From assembly GCA_951406725.2 (NCBI GenBank), contig OX597814.1, positions 76,384,001-76,448,000 on the forward strand: a DNA stretch of 64,000 nt. Reading direction: 5' to 3'. Position 1 is the stretch's first letter; each line of letters opens with the position of its first letter. The notes below the pieces were generated by a model. The model was not told the origin of the DNA and made no database searches. It saw only the letters and a program-made list of their open reading frames with translations. Positions 39,527 through 52,264 of this stretch are shown piece by piece. This stretch comes from Octopus vulgaris (taxonomy: Eukaryota). Both the position numbers and the translations under genes were made by a program.

Positions 39527-41673
39527 ATATCATCATCATCATCATCATCATCATCATCGTTTAACGTCCGTTTTCCGCACTAGCACGGGTTGGACGGTTC
39601 GACCGGGGTCTGGGAAGCCAGGGCCCGCTCCAGGCTCCAGTCTGATTTGGCAGAGTTTCTACGGCTGGATGCCCTTCCTAACGCCAACCACTCCGTGAGT
39701 GGATTGGGTGCTTTTTACGTGCCACCTGCACAGGGGCCGGGGGGTCCAGCATCGGTCACGATCGGTTCGAGCTTTTAACGTGCCAGTGGCACGGGGGCAA
39801 CTGGGTCCAGGGTACTTTGGGGATCCGGGGTACTTTGAATGGGTAGGGGGTATGTGGAATTGCTGCAGAAAGCAGCCCGGGTCTTTGCAGTCACAGCATA
39901 TCTCCAGAGATCTTGGTCCTTCGCCATTGCCTCAGTGAGGCCCAATGCTCTGAGGTCATGCTTGACTACCTCATCCCATGTCTTCCTGGGTCTACCTCTC
40001 CCCCTGATACCTTCAACTGTTTGGGAGTGGCACTTCTTCACACATCTCTCTTCATCCATCCGCAGCACATGACCATACCATCGCAAGCGTCGCTCTTGCA
40101 CACCACATCTGATGCTTCTTATATCCAGCATTTCTCTTAGGATGCTTACACTCTGTCTTGCGTGCACACTGACACTACACATCCAGCGGATCATGCTAGC
40201 TTCATTTCTTTCAAGTCTACGCATGTCCTCTGCAGTCACAGCCCATGTTTCATTACCGTGAAGCATGGCAGTTCGCACACATGCATCATACAATCTACCT
40301 TTCGCTCTGAGGGAGAGACCTTTTGTTGCCAGTAGGGGTAGGAGCTTTCTGAACTTTGCCCAGGCTATTCGTATTCTAGTGGTGATACTCTCTGTGCATC
40401 CACCTCCGCTACTAACTTGGTCACCCAGGTAGCGGAAACTATCAACTACTTCTAGTTTCTCTCCCTGGAGTGTGATGGACTCTGTTTTCTGAGTGTCTGT
40501 TGTGTCTATTGTCCCTGTGCATCTGCCGCACATGAAAGCTATCTTATCTGTTAATTTCCCTTTAATGTTGCTGCACCTCTTATGTGTCCATAACTTACAT
40601 TGGGTGCATCTTATGGAGTTTCTACCTGTACCTTTCCTACAGATTGAGCAGGGCCACCTACCCGAGGGGTGTGTGCTGAGTACCTCTTGCTGCTTACTAA
40701 TACTTTGGTCTTTGCTACATTTATTCTAAGGCCCTTTGATTCCAACCCTTGCTTCCACACCCGAAATTTCTCTTCTAGTTCCGGTAGTGATTCTACTATG
40801 AGAGCTAGGTCATCGGCATAGAGGAGCTCCCAGGGGCATCCCGTTTTGAATTCCTCTGTTATTGCCTGAAGGACTATGATGAATAAAAGGGGACTGAGGG
40901 CTGAGCCCTGGTGCACACCTACTTCTACCCGGAATTCTTCACTATATTCGTTGCCAATCCTAACCTTGCTGACAGCCTCTCTGTATAGAGCCTGTACAGC
41001 CCTTATTAGCCATTCTTCAATCTCCAGTTTCCGCATCGACCACCAGATGGGGGAACGGGGAACCCTGTCAAAGGCTTTCTCCAAGTCTACAAAAGCTATG
41101 TAGAGGGGTATATCTTTAGCTAGGTACTTCTCCTGCAGTTGTCGGACCAGGAATATAGCATCAGTGGTGCTTCTACCTGGTACAAAACCGAACTGCATTT
41201 CATCTAAACAAATTCTCTCCTTAATGAGATGGGTTATGACCTTCTCTGAGACCTTCATCACCTGGTCCAACAGTTTGATACCTCCGTAGTTATTTCTATC
41301 TAGAGCATCACCCTTACCCTTGTAGCAGTTGACTATGGTGCTGCTGCACCAGTCATTGGATATGACTCCATTGTGAACTACCTGGTTTACAATGCGGGTG
41401 ACTATGGTATAGCCCACATAGCCAGCTGTTTTAAGCATCTCAGCAGTGATTCCTGATAGGCCAGGGGCTTTGCCTGGTTTCATATCCTTAATTGCCTTAT
41501 CTACAAGGGAGCTGTCTATTCGGGTAGCTTGTCCCTCTACTGGGTCAACATTTGGCAGGCTCTCCTCCTCCCATTCATTCTCCTCATTCAGCAGTCTTTC
41601 ATAATGGCTTCTCCAAGCCTCTTTCTTTTCACTAGCAGTAAAAGCAAGTGCCCCATCATCCATGCGGACACAT
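39527..41673 (-). mobile_element. RTE family A, 5'-truncated, with 3' UTR and (GAT)n tail
   Basis: ORFs 40611-41663 (KAPGLSGIT, QFGFVPG, DLEKAFD, GVHQGS, YADD) and 39775-40533 (FRYLG, RLRWYGHV, RGRGRPRKTW). Confidence 0.95.
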
Positions 41674-41966
41674 TTATATAAAACTATATTTATAACTATA
41701 GATAACTATATCACTGTATTGAGCAGACTACTGATTATTGCTATACACCACTGATCACAATATGCCTTCTCACATTGTTATAGCTTTCAAATGATTCTAA
41801 TCTGCTGGTTTAGTGAGCAGGCCAATATTCCTCCTGAAGTAAGAGTTCAGAGTATTGCTTCCCACCCACATGGTTCAGTTACACTGCATGGCATCTTGGG
41901 TTAGTGTCTTCTGGGCTGACTAAAGACTTGTGAGTGAATGTGATAAACAGAAACTGAAAGAAACTT

Positions 41967-42027
<61 letters not shown>

Positions 42028-42308
42028 ATCTCTCTCATGTATGTGTGTGTGCATGTGCACGTGTGCTTGTGTGTGTGTTTTGTGTTTGTTTAATTACCCT
42101 TCTTGGATTGTTTGCTTCCCTGTAACTTAATGATTTGGGAAAAGAGACTGATTGAATAAGTACTAAGCCTAAAAAATAAGTACTGGGTCAATTTGTTTAA
42201 CTAAACCCTTAAAGTGGTGCCCCAACATAGCTGGAGTCCATTGACTCAAACAAGTTTAAAAAAAACAAGGAAGTATCCCTAAGATCATTACACTGTGTTC
42301 TTCCTAAA

Positions 42309-42527
42309 CCCTTTAACATTTTAACTGACCATATCTGGTCAAAATATTCTACCTGTTTTATGTTCAAACCAGCCAGATTTGGTCTCTCACATCTACCCTA
42401 CAATGTCACTCTAAAACTGAACATCACATAACTGAAATCTTGATGCTATGAGATAATGCATGATTAATTCAAAACAATGTGGATAAATAAGCTTCACATT
42501 TAACAGAGTAATCTGAATGCTAAAGGA
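42309..42527. mobile_element. piggyBac-like MITE (same family as 8578, opposite orientation)
   Basis: ccctttaacatt...aatgctaaagga-TTAA; internal sequence is the reverse complement of 8578-8787. Confidence 0.6.
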
Positions 42528-43407
42528 TTAACGTGCCAGAGTATAATTTGAGAAAGAATTATTTCTATCAAATTCAGCAATCTCATATGATTTTATGTCA
42601 GGTTAGCCATTGATAATACACAGGTATTATCATAGGTCAGAAATATTTGGTGTGATTGTAGGAAGGACCCAACAGAATATCTGACAGTATAATCCAAGAT
42701 ATACAGAAAGATAGTATGGCTATGGCTGGAAAGCATTTGGTTTTTAGAGGTCTGCTCAATCAGGGTTGACATTAAGTTATGCTATGGAGTAAAAATCAAT
42801 TTAGATTTAGTTTATGCTTAATGCTTCATTAATAAACTCATCTAGAAAAGCTTACATAAAATAGAAGTAATCATACTATGGTATTTTTTTCATCATATGT
42901 GAATATTAATATTGCAGACATAAAAGTGTGTTAGTAGATAAACTTGACAAACAGCTAACAAGAATTAAACAGGTCTGTGCATGTATAGCATGTGTTTTCT
43001 CTTGATGGGTGTTCTAAGTACCAACCACTCAATCATGAATAGAGCTGGTCGTTTGCCAAGTAGAGACATGCCTACTTATTACAAATGAGAATACTGAAAT
43101 ATGTGTGAGTGTATGTGTGATGTTTTGGATTGCAAGATACTTATTTATTGTTAGTAGGCATATGTGTGTGTGTGTGTGTATGATATTAAGTATTAAAAGC
43201 ACCAAATATATATATATACATAGAGAGAGAAAGAGAGAGAGAGAGTGAGAGAGAGAGAGAGAAGTTTTCATACAACAAAGGGGATAAATATTCATAAGTA
43301 TATATATTTTAACATTTTAGTCAACAGGAATTTCACAGTTACCTCAAGGACTGAAAGTTTTAGCCCTTGAGTCACCTTGTAACTCTTACTGATTAAAATA
43401 ATAATAA

Positions 43408-44311
43408 TCCTTTCTACTAAAGGCACAAGGCCTGAAATTTCGGGAGAGGGTACTAGTTGATCATATTGACCCCAGTGTTTTACTGGTACTTAATTTATCG
43501 ACCCCAGTGTTTAATTTACTAGTGCTTAATTTATCAACCCCAAAAGGATGAAAGGCAAACTCGATCTCGGCAGAATTTGAACTTAGAAATGTAGCAAAGG
43601 GTGAAATACTGCTAAGTATTTCATCCAGTGTGCAAATGATTCTGCCAGTGTACAAAAGATTCTGCCAGCTCGCCACCTTAATAATAATAATAGTGATAAA
43701 AATGATGGTTTCAAATTTTGGTACAAGGCCAGTAAGTTCAGGGAAGGGGGAAAATCAATTACATTGACCCCAGTGCTTTACCGGTACTTATTTTATCAAC
43801 TGCAAAAGAATGAAGGCAAAGTCATCCTCAATAGAATTTGAGTTCAGTAAAGACAGACAAAACACTGTTCAGCATTTTGCCTAGTGTCCTAACAATTCTA
43901 CCAGTTTGTTAGTAATCCTTTCTATCATAGACATAAGACCTGAAACTTTGGGGGTGGGGGCTAGTTGATTACAGAGACTCTAGTATTCACCTGGTACTTA
44001 TTTCCTTGACACTGGAAGGATAAAAGATAAACCTGACATTGACAAAATTCGAGCATAAAGACAGATGAAATGCCACTAAGCATTTTGTGTGGCATAATAA
44101 TAATTCTGCCACCTTACTACCTTGACAATAGATGTTTCTATTAATGGTACAGGCTAGCAATTTAGGGTGGAGAAAAGTCAATTCCAACCCCACCATACCT
44201 GACTGGTGCTTTATTTTATTGATGCCAAATGAATGAACAGCAAAGTTTACCTTGGCAACTCAGAACATAAAGAGCTGGAAGAGATGCCACTGAGCATTTT
44301 CTCCAACTCAC

Positions 44312-44365
<54 letters not shown>

Positions 44366-44600
44366 TGACAACAACAACAATAATAATAATACCAATAATA
44401 ATAAGCACAATGCCTGATATTCATGAGGAGAGGGTAAGTCAATTACATCGATCCCAGTACTTGACTAGTACTTGTTTTATTGACCCCGAAAGGATGAAAG
44501 ATAGAATCAACCTCTGTGGAATATGAACTCAGAATGCATATAATCTGGTGAATGCATTTTGTCTGGTGTACTGATGATTCTTCCAGCTCACCACCTTAAT
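43408..44600 (-). mobile_element. Array of five SINE-b copies separated by (AAT)n
   Basis: Repeated caaggcc..aaatt...gacccc...aggatgaaaggcaaa...gaatttgaact units. Confidence 0.8.
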
Positions 44601-44664
44601 AATAATAATATTAATAATAATAATGATGATGATGATGATGATAATAATGATGATGATGATAATA

Positions 44665-44700
<36 letters not shown>

Positions 44701-45804
44701 TATTAAAAAATATAAACACTGCATATATAAATGCATGCACACACACACAGTGTATGTGTATAAAGACAATAAATTTTTAAAAAGGACAACACAAACATTT
44801 TTGACAGTAAATAGTATTCATTTAATGATTTCAATGGAAAAAAGCGTGACTTCACATGTTAAACATTAGTTTTCATCAGAAGAAAAGAGAGGGAGAAGAA
44901 AAGAGAAATAGGCAAGGTATGTATAGAAAATAAAAAATGGGAAAGGCACAGCAAGAAGTATAAGGGTTAGAAACCAGGTGAAAATTCTATTCTATAGATA
45001 GGTTGAGCTTAATTTAAAAAGAGAGGAAGGTGTGGGTGAATAGCAACATGTATCATAGTGTGTCTGTATGTGTGTGGAAATACACAGACACACACACATA
45101 CACACCACCAACGTCATATATATATATATATATATTGAGAAAAAGGAGGCAGTCAGAATTTTGGATAATTCTTTATTAGTACTTTCATTTGTTTATTGAA
45201 CTAGTCGAGACAAAATCAAAATGATATAAAACAGAACCTTTCCTTGTTCATTTATATGAATTGGATGTTTTTTGCTTTTACCTACAGACCCTGTAGCCCT
45301 GATGGGAAATAATTATTTGCTCTTAACATATTGGGCTTCCAGACTACTTGTCTAGGCGATGTTTTCTTTCCTTTTACTTCTTTCTTTTGTTCATATTATA
45401 TAGTCTTGTTCTTCACTCTGATGAAGATCCATTACCTTAATTTGAATGCCCTATGAAGATGAATAATTTTATTCTCGCATATATGTATAGACTGCATTTT
45501 GGCAATCTGATCAGTAATAGCTGTAAGATATGTTATGTCATCTATTTTGTTATGTCATGCTTTGTATATTACAAAATAAGCTATAAATGTGGTCCAATTG
45601 ATGTGTTGGTTAATCTGTGGTTTTCTTCATTTTCTAATTATTTACATTGGCTCCTAATAAACTCTTGTTTATCCTGTTGTTACCTGTACTCTATGTGTAT
45701 GGTGTGCTTGCACACCATTGCTTGGGGATAATACAGGTAACGGATACTGATAGTATATACGGATATTTTTATCCCTTAGTCAATTACTATAACCGCTAAC
45801 TCTG

Positions 45805-45904
<100 letters not shown>

Positions 45905-46094
45905 GTATATATGTGTGTGTGTGTGTATACATATATATATATATGTATATGTATATATATACATATATATATATATATACATATATGTGTGTGGTGTATA
46001 AATAATCTCTTAAATACTAAGATGAGAGAGTCAATATACACTCTATACCGTTTGTGTGAAAAATGTTAAATGTTAAATTCTATCTTAATTTTAA

Positions 46095-46174
46095 TTCACT
46101 TGAAGAAATTTTTTTTTATGTGATGTAATTGATCTGTTCATTAATAAAAACACATCTGAAACAGTTGTAGTGAA
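46095..46174 (+). ncRNA. Degenerate minimal hammerhead motif (Penelope type)
   Basis: ttcac-TTGAAGA-...atgtg...cacat..-GAAA-cagttg-TA-gtgaa. Stem I ttcac/gtgaa, GUA triplet. Confidence 0.5.
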
Positions 46175-46199
46175 CCTCAGCCCATTAGCGTTATTTTAC

Positions 46200-46243
<44 letters not shown>

Positions 46244-46914
46244 TTTATGCCTGATGACTGTGTTGGGATGTTACACATGTTATAATTCATTGTTTCACAT
46301 GTATTGTGTCTATTAAATTATATACACATGCACGCGCGCACACACACACACACACATACACAACACACATATATATATATGCTTGTGTATCTGTGTATTG
46401 ATGTTTATTTCTATATCAAGTTTTATATACAAACAACCTTCAAGTGAAGTCTTACTCAATACAGTACATGTTTATTAAATACAGTCTTACTCAATACTGT
46501 ATATTACAGTACATGTTTATTAAACTTTTACAAGAAGAGGGGTGACAGTAACTTTAGCTTGCTAGCCTTTGTCATACAGTACTATACTTAGGTTCCTTTT
46601 AGCTTTAGATAGTCTTTGACAAGTTGTGTTTTCAGGGGTAGGTGAGGTTACGTGAAGTGATAATTAAGTTTGGTGTATGTAAGGTTTGGGAAATGCATGT
46701 GTGTGTGTGTGTGTGTAGTTATGGATATGCATAATGCCCTAAAGTTACATGCATATATCTATCTAAAATAATATAATGTGACTATACTATAAAACGACTA
46801 GAAAACCCCAATGAATACTTATAGCAACCTAGCTACATAGGTACAAATAGGTTTTACTGTTAAATTTCAAAGTGCTCAAATGAAATAATGAAATACTCTT
46901 TACTCTCTCTTTTA

Positions 46915-47322
46915 CTTTTTTACTTGTTTCAGCCATTTGATTGCAGCCATGCTGGAGCACTGCCTTTAGTCGAGCAAATCGACCCCAGGACTTATTCTTT
47001 GTAAGACTAGTACTTATTCTATTGGTCTCTTTTTGCCAAACCACTAAGTTACGGGGATGTAAACACACCAGCATCGGTTTCAAGTAATGTTGTGTGCGTG
47101 TGGGACGGGGTCAAACACAGACACAAATATATACACACACATACATATATATATATACATATATACGATGGGCTTCTTTCAGTTTCCATCTACCAAATCC
47201 ACTCACAAGGTTTTGGTCGGCCCGAGGCTATAGTAGAAGACACTTGCCCAAGGTGCCATGCAGTGGGACTGAACCAGGAACCATATGGTTGGGAAGCAAG
47301 CTACTTACCACACAGCCACTCA
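46915..47322 (-). mobile_element. SINE family a
   Basis: Same structure as 37088-37490. Confidence 0.85.
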
Positions 47323-47409
47323 TTTTCAAAATGAAGATAAATATTAGGTTTACACAACTGAAGCATTATGGAATTAAAATAGGCATCTGTGTGTGATACT
47401 TAGTGTACG

Positions 47410-48105
47410 TACAGAGTGCAATAGGTAAATTGTCACCATTTTATATCTTTAATTTTGTACATGTGCATTATATGGTTTTGGTTTCGTCAACTACACAGTA
47501 TGTTAGAGTTAGTTGGGTACTGTCTGTGAGAAAAACAACACCATGATGCAATTCACTCAGGCAGAAATTTGGAAACGACTTGTTGTACTGTTTGGCATTT
47601 GCACCTGAAGCTCCAATATAAACATTTCAGAGTATTTGGGCATCAATCTGAGGACTGTGCATGTACCAAGAGTGATAAAAATCAAACATCCAGTCAGCAT
47701 CATGATATTTAGAGTGATCACTAGTGATGGTGATGTTATGCCTCTATTCATCTTCCCACACAGCCTCAGACTCAACACAGAGGCTTACATCAAGTGCCTG
47801 GAGGAGGTAGTGCTGCCCAGGGTCAAGAGGGTGGCTGCTGAAAGAACCTATGTCTGGCAACAGGACTCTGCACCATGTCATAGAAGCAGGAAAATCCAGT
47901 CATGGCAGTCAGACAATTTCTGTGACCACATCACCTCTAACATGTGGCCACCTAACTCCCCAGACTGCAACCCCCTTGATTATTATGCATGGGATGCAGT
48001 TGAATGAGAGAAAAACAAAACTCCATGTAATACCAAAGATGAACTGAAGGCAAGGATTACAGCAGCTTTCATCAACTGAAACAAGGAGACCATCCAGAAA
48101 AGTTG
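47410..48105 (+). mobile_element. Internally deleted Tc1/mariner DD37D (maT-like) remnant
   Basis: WQQDSAPCH...WPPNSPDCNPLDYYAW with 37 residues between the last two Asp. Confidence 0.85.
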
Positions 48106-48261
48106 CTGGCACAGGAGTGGCTGTGTGATAAGAAGCTTGCTTCCCAACCACATGGTTCCAGGTTCAATCCCACTGCATGACCCTTGGGCAAGTATCTTCT
48201 ACTATAGCCTTGTGAGTGGATTTAGTAGATGGGAAATGAAAGAAGCCTGCCGTATGTATGC

Positions 48262-48320
<59 letters not shown>

Positions 48321-48323
<3 letters not shown>

Positions 48324-48815
48324 TTGCAGCATGGAAGGTGTTTATAAGCCATTTAAGAAACATACAAAACCGTTCGATTCACTTCAACATTTAAATTTAA
48401 TTTGTCAAAATCTTTTTGTCGCTTTGAGACCGCGACCTGTTCACTGACAAAGCTTCGTGCTGCATAGATTTTACTGTTAAATTTCAAAGTGCTCATATGA
48501 AATAATGAAATACTCTTTACTCTCTCTTATACTCTTTTACTTGTTTCAGTCATTTGATTGCAGCCATGCTGGAGCACCGCCTTTAGTCGAGCAAATCAAC
48601 CCCGGACTTATTCTTTGTAAGCTTAGAACTTATCTATTGGTATCTTTTTGCCAAACCACTAAGTTACGGGATGCAGCACGAAGCTTTGTCAGTGAACAGG
48701 TCGTGGTCTCAAAGCGACGAAAATATTTTGACAAATTAAATTTAAATGTTGAAGTGAATCTAATGGTTTTGTGTGTTTCTTAAATGGCTTATAAACACCT
48801 TCCACGCTGCAATTG
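48321..48815. mobile_element. Palindromic hammerhead-bearing element: arms 48321-48465 and 48671-48815 around a locally copied spacer
   Basis: The ~145-bp arms are reverse complements. The spacer matches 46847-47059. Confidence 0.85.
48685..48735 (+). ncRNA. Minimal hammerhead ribozyme candidate with G3-C8 swapped core
   Basis: tttgtca-GTGAACA-g-gtcgt(ggtctcaaa)gcgac-GAAA-atat-TT-tgacaaa: 7-bp stem I, 5-bp stem II, palindromic AATATT stem III. Confidence 0.65.
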
Positions 48816-48866
48816 TTTTCATTCCAGCACATGATCTCAGATCAAGTCACTCGCTATGCAAGTACA

Positions 48867-48904
<38 letters not shown>

Positions 48905-48912
48905 TATGTATG

Positions 48913-48960
<48 letters not shown>

Positions 48961-49396
48961 TGTACTGTATATATATATGTATGGATATATGTATGTATGT
49001 ATGTATGTATATATGTATGTATGTATGTATGCATGTATATGTATGTATTTGTGTATCTATGTTTGTGTCCCCACCATCACATGACAACTGATTTTAGTGT
49101 GTTTACATCTCCGTAACTTAGCAGTTCAGCAAAAGAGACTGATAGAATAAGTACTAGACTTACAGAAAATAAGTTCTATCTTTTCTACTTTTTCATCCTC
49201 TTCTGCATATGTTTAGAGCATGCTTAAAGAACAGTGTGTCTTTACATATTGTTTTCATTGATTTCATTATAACAGTTATATAGCTATTTTGTTACAATTT
49301 CTTTATACACCATCAGTTCTGTTACAATAGAATGTCACATGTATATGTATAGTTGGAAAATGTGCAGAAGTTCATCATATACATGACACAGACAGA

Positions 49397-50677
49397 CGAG
49401 GGGCGTTCAATAAGTAATGCCCCTGACCCACTTCCTATAGCAGTAGAGCAACGAAACTTGGCACAGTTATTAGTCTTTTTCTACATAGGGACCACCCAGA
49501 GTTACGCGTTTCTCCCATCGTTTGATGCAGCGCTGGAGACCGTTTTTGTAGAAGACCCCAGCTTGGTCCTCCAACCACGACGTGACTTCAGAAATCAAGG
49601 CTGCATCATCTGGGAAACGCTTTCCTTTCAAAAACAACTTCATGGCTGGGAAGAGGTGAAAATTAGAGGGTGCAAGGTCAGGAGAGTAGGGGTGGGGTGG
49701 GGGAGGAGTTCATAGCTGCACGCCTGTGTTTCTGATCTGGCGACACGCAAGTTGTGGACCGGAGCGTTGTCCTGCAGGAGGAGGATGCCTTTGCTGATCT
49801 TGCCCCGCCTCTTGATTTTGATAGCTTCTCTTAATTTCCTCAAAAGTGAAGCATAATAGACTCCTGTAATCCTGAAATCTGTCATCACTACTCCGTCCTG
49901 GTCCCAGAAGACTGTGAGCATGACCTTGCCAGCGGAGGGCTGCACCCTTGCCTTCTTTGGAGGAGGTGAGTCACGGTGCTTCCACTGCATTGACTGGGCT
50001 TTGGTCTCTGGATCATAGTGATGGACCCAGGTTTCAACCTGTGTAATCAGTCTTTTGAAAAATTTTGACTCATCTTCTTGGCACATCTCCAAATTCATCC
50101 TCGAGCACTCGATGCGTTCTTGCTTCTGGAAAGGTGTGAGCAACCTGGGAATTCATTTGGCAGACACCTTTTTCATATGCAAATGGTCATGAATGATAGT
50201 TTCCACAGACCCGGTATTAATCTTGACTTCATGAGCTATTTGGCAAATAGTTATGTGGCGATCTTCCAAAATGGCAGCCTCAACTTGACGGACAGATGCC
50301 TCATCAATGGCAGAAGGGGGGTTGACCAGATCTGGGAGCTGTTTCCACAGAGTTCCGACCATGTTTGAATTCACGATGCCAGCGTTTTACAAGGTCATAT
50401 GATGGGGCATCATCACCATAAGTTACTTTCATTTCATCAAAAGTCTCCCGTGGTGTGCGTCCTTTCAAATACAAAAACCGGATCACTGCTCGACACTCAA
50501 CATGCTCCATTTCACACTTGACTCAGTTCAAACACCTGTAAATCAGAATCCACAATTAGTCCAGAGCTGTAATTTGCCACTTAATCTACAGAGATATAAA
50601 TAATTGCACATGCAAAATTTCAGCTAGATCAAACAACTGCAAGTTGGTCAGGGGCATTACTTATTAAACGTCCCTCG
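49397..50677 (-). mobile_element. Full-length mariner (DD34D), inactive copy 2 of the 24097 family
   Basis: Same TIRs; MEHVECRAVIRFLYLKG..., TQVETW, QDNAP; frameshifts, a stop and a short in-frame deletion. Confidence 0.95.
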
Positions 50678-50764
50678 TATCTATGTGGTGAAGAACTTTG
50701 CTTTACAAATGTTTTCTACAGTAGCATCAATGTCGACTGATAACTTATAAAATTTAGAAATTCA

Positions 50765-50803
<39 letters not shown>

Positions 50804-52264
50804 TGCGTGTGTGTATGTATATGTGTGTGTGTGTGTGTGTGTTATTACACTGATATCACCTGAGCAGTGGTAACATTATTTATGTCCTTCGTAAACAAAA
50901 AGACCACCAACTTAGCAGTTCAACATGCCAAGATGTTAAGACAAGAGTTATTGTCAGGGTGAGCATCTGGTCATTTAATACTTCAAGGAATCTTGTGCAA
51001 TCCATGTAAGTATGGAAAAAGCTTATGTAAAAACCATGATGGTGGAAAATAACACTGATAACAGGATTCTATACAGTTTCCTTTTACCAGTTTTCACTCA
51101 CCAAGCATTGAGTAAGTCTATGATAGAAAATTGATGTCCAAGGCAGTGGACAATGAACCCAAAATCATGTAATTCTAAAGTAAACTTCTTAACTACACAA
51201 TCGTGCCTGTGACCAGTTTTGTGGGTCTTTTATCTTTTACTTGTTTCAGTTATTGGACTGCGACCATGCTTGGATAATGCCTCCAAGTGCTTAATCAAAC
51301 AAAATGACCCCTCTGCTTTTTTTTTTTTTGAAGTCAAGTACTTATTCTATCAATCTCTTATTGGAACTGCTAAGTTATAGGGCATAAACCAACCAACATC
51401 AAGTGGCAGTAGGGGGCTAACACAAACATTCATAGTTACATACATAGACAGGTTTCTTTCAGTTTCTCACAAGGCTTTAGTTGGCCTGGGGCTATAATAG
51501 AAGACACTTGCCTACAGTACCATCTTACTCTGGGATTGAATCCAGGACCATGTGGTTAGATAACAAGCTTCTTGTCACACCGCCATGCCTGCCCTTATAT
51601 AAATGGATATAATCTGTATACTACTAAAACTCTGTGATTGCTTGCTTGCTTGTGTGCATGCTTGTCTGTAATTTAATACAGCTAAACCAGCGCATTTTGG
51701 GGAAAATAATCTCAATGTAAGGTACCCCTGAAATGTGAATACAAACAGAATAAAATAAGTTTCATGTAAATTGGGCCACACATTCCTGAGATATGTGGTT
51801 TTGGGGGGTTTGTTTCCACAAATTTAAGCAGTGAAACTTGGAGTTACTGCCCTTTACTATGAACACCTTTATAAATAGCCAAACCAGCACATAATAGGGA
51901 AATACTCTGAAAGTGAGGTACCATGAAAATGTGAATACAAACAGCATAAAATGAGTTTTGCATAAACTGAGATACGTGGTTTTTTCAGATACCTTGAACT
52001 ATTGGTGATCCAACAAGTCATGGATAGTCTAGTTTGTAAATAAAATTTAGATAATACACAATAGTATATATTCAAGTGGGTGTACAAATGAAATAAGTGG
52101 TAACTGGTTCATTCAGCTCTACACTTTTGTAGGAATAGAACAAATACACATCCTGTCTGAGGATGTGGACATCTTCTGCACTTCTGAAAGCTTATGTAAT
52201 GTGTAACTGAATTAAATTAGTTGGTTGGTATGCATGTATATATGTATCATATGTATAGTTCAGA

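Larger units (their letters stand above)
48108..49178 (+). mobile_element. SINE family a interrupted in its central (TA)n by a palindromic element
   Basis: Head ggcacaggagtggctgtgtg at 48108; tail gtaacttagcagttcagcaaaagagactgatagaataagtac at ~49112-49155. Confidence 0.75.

Noticed and set aside
51690-51985. Two ~190-bp-spaced similar blocks (ggtacc..gaaatgtgaatacaaacag) as a CRISPR-like array
   Set aside because: Only two degenerate units, eukaryotic context, no cas genes. Probably subterminal repeats of a DNA transposon.
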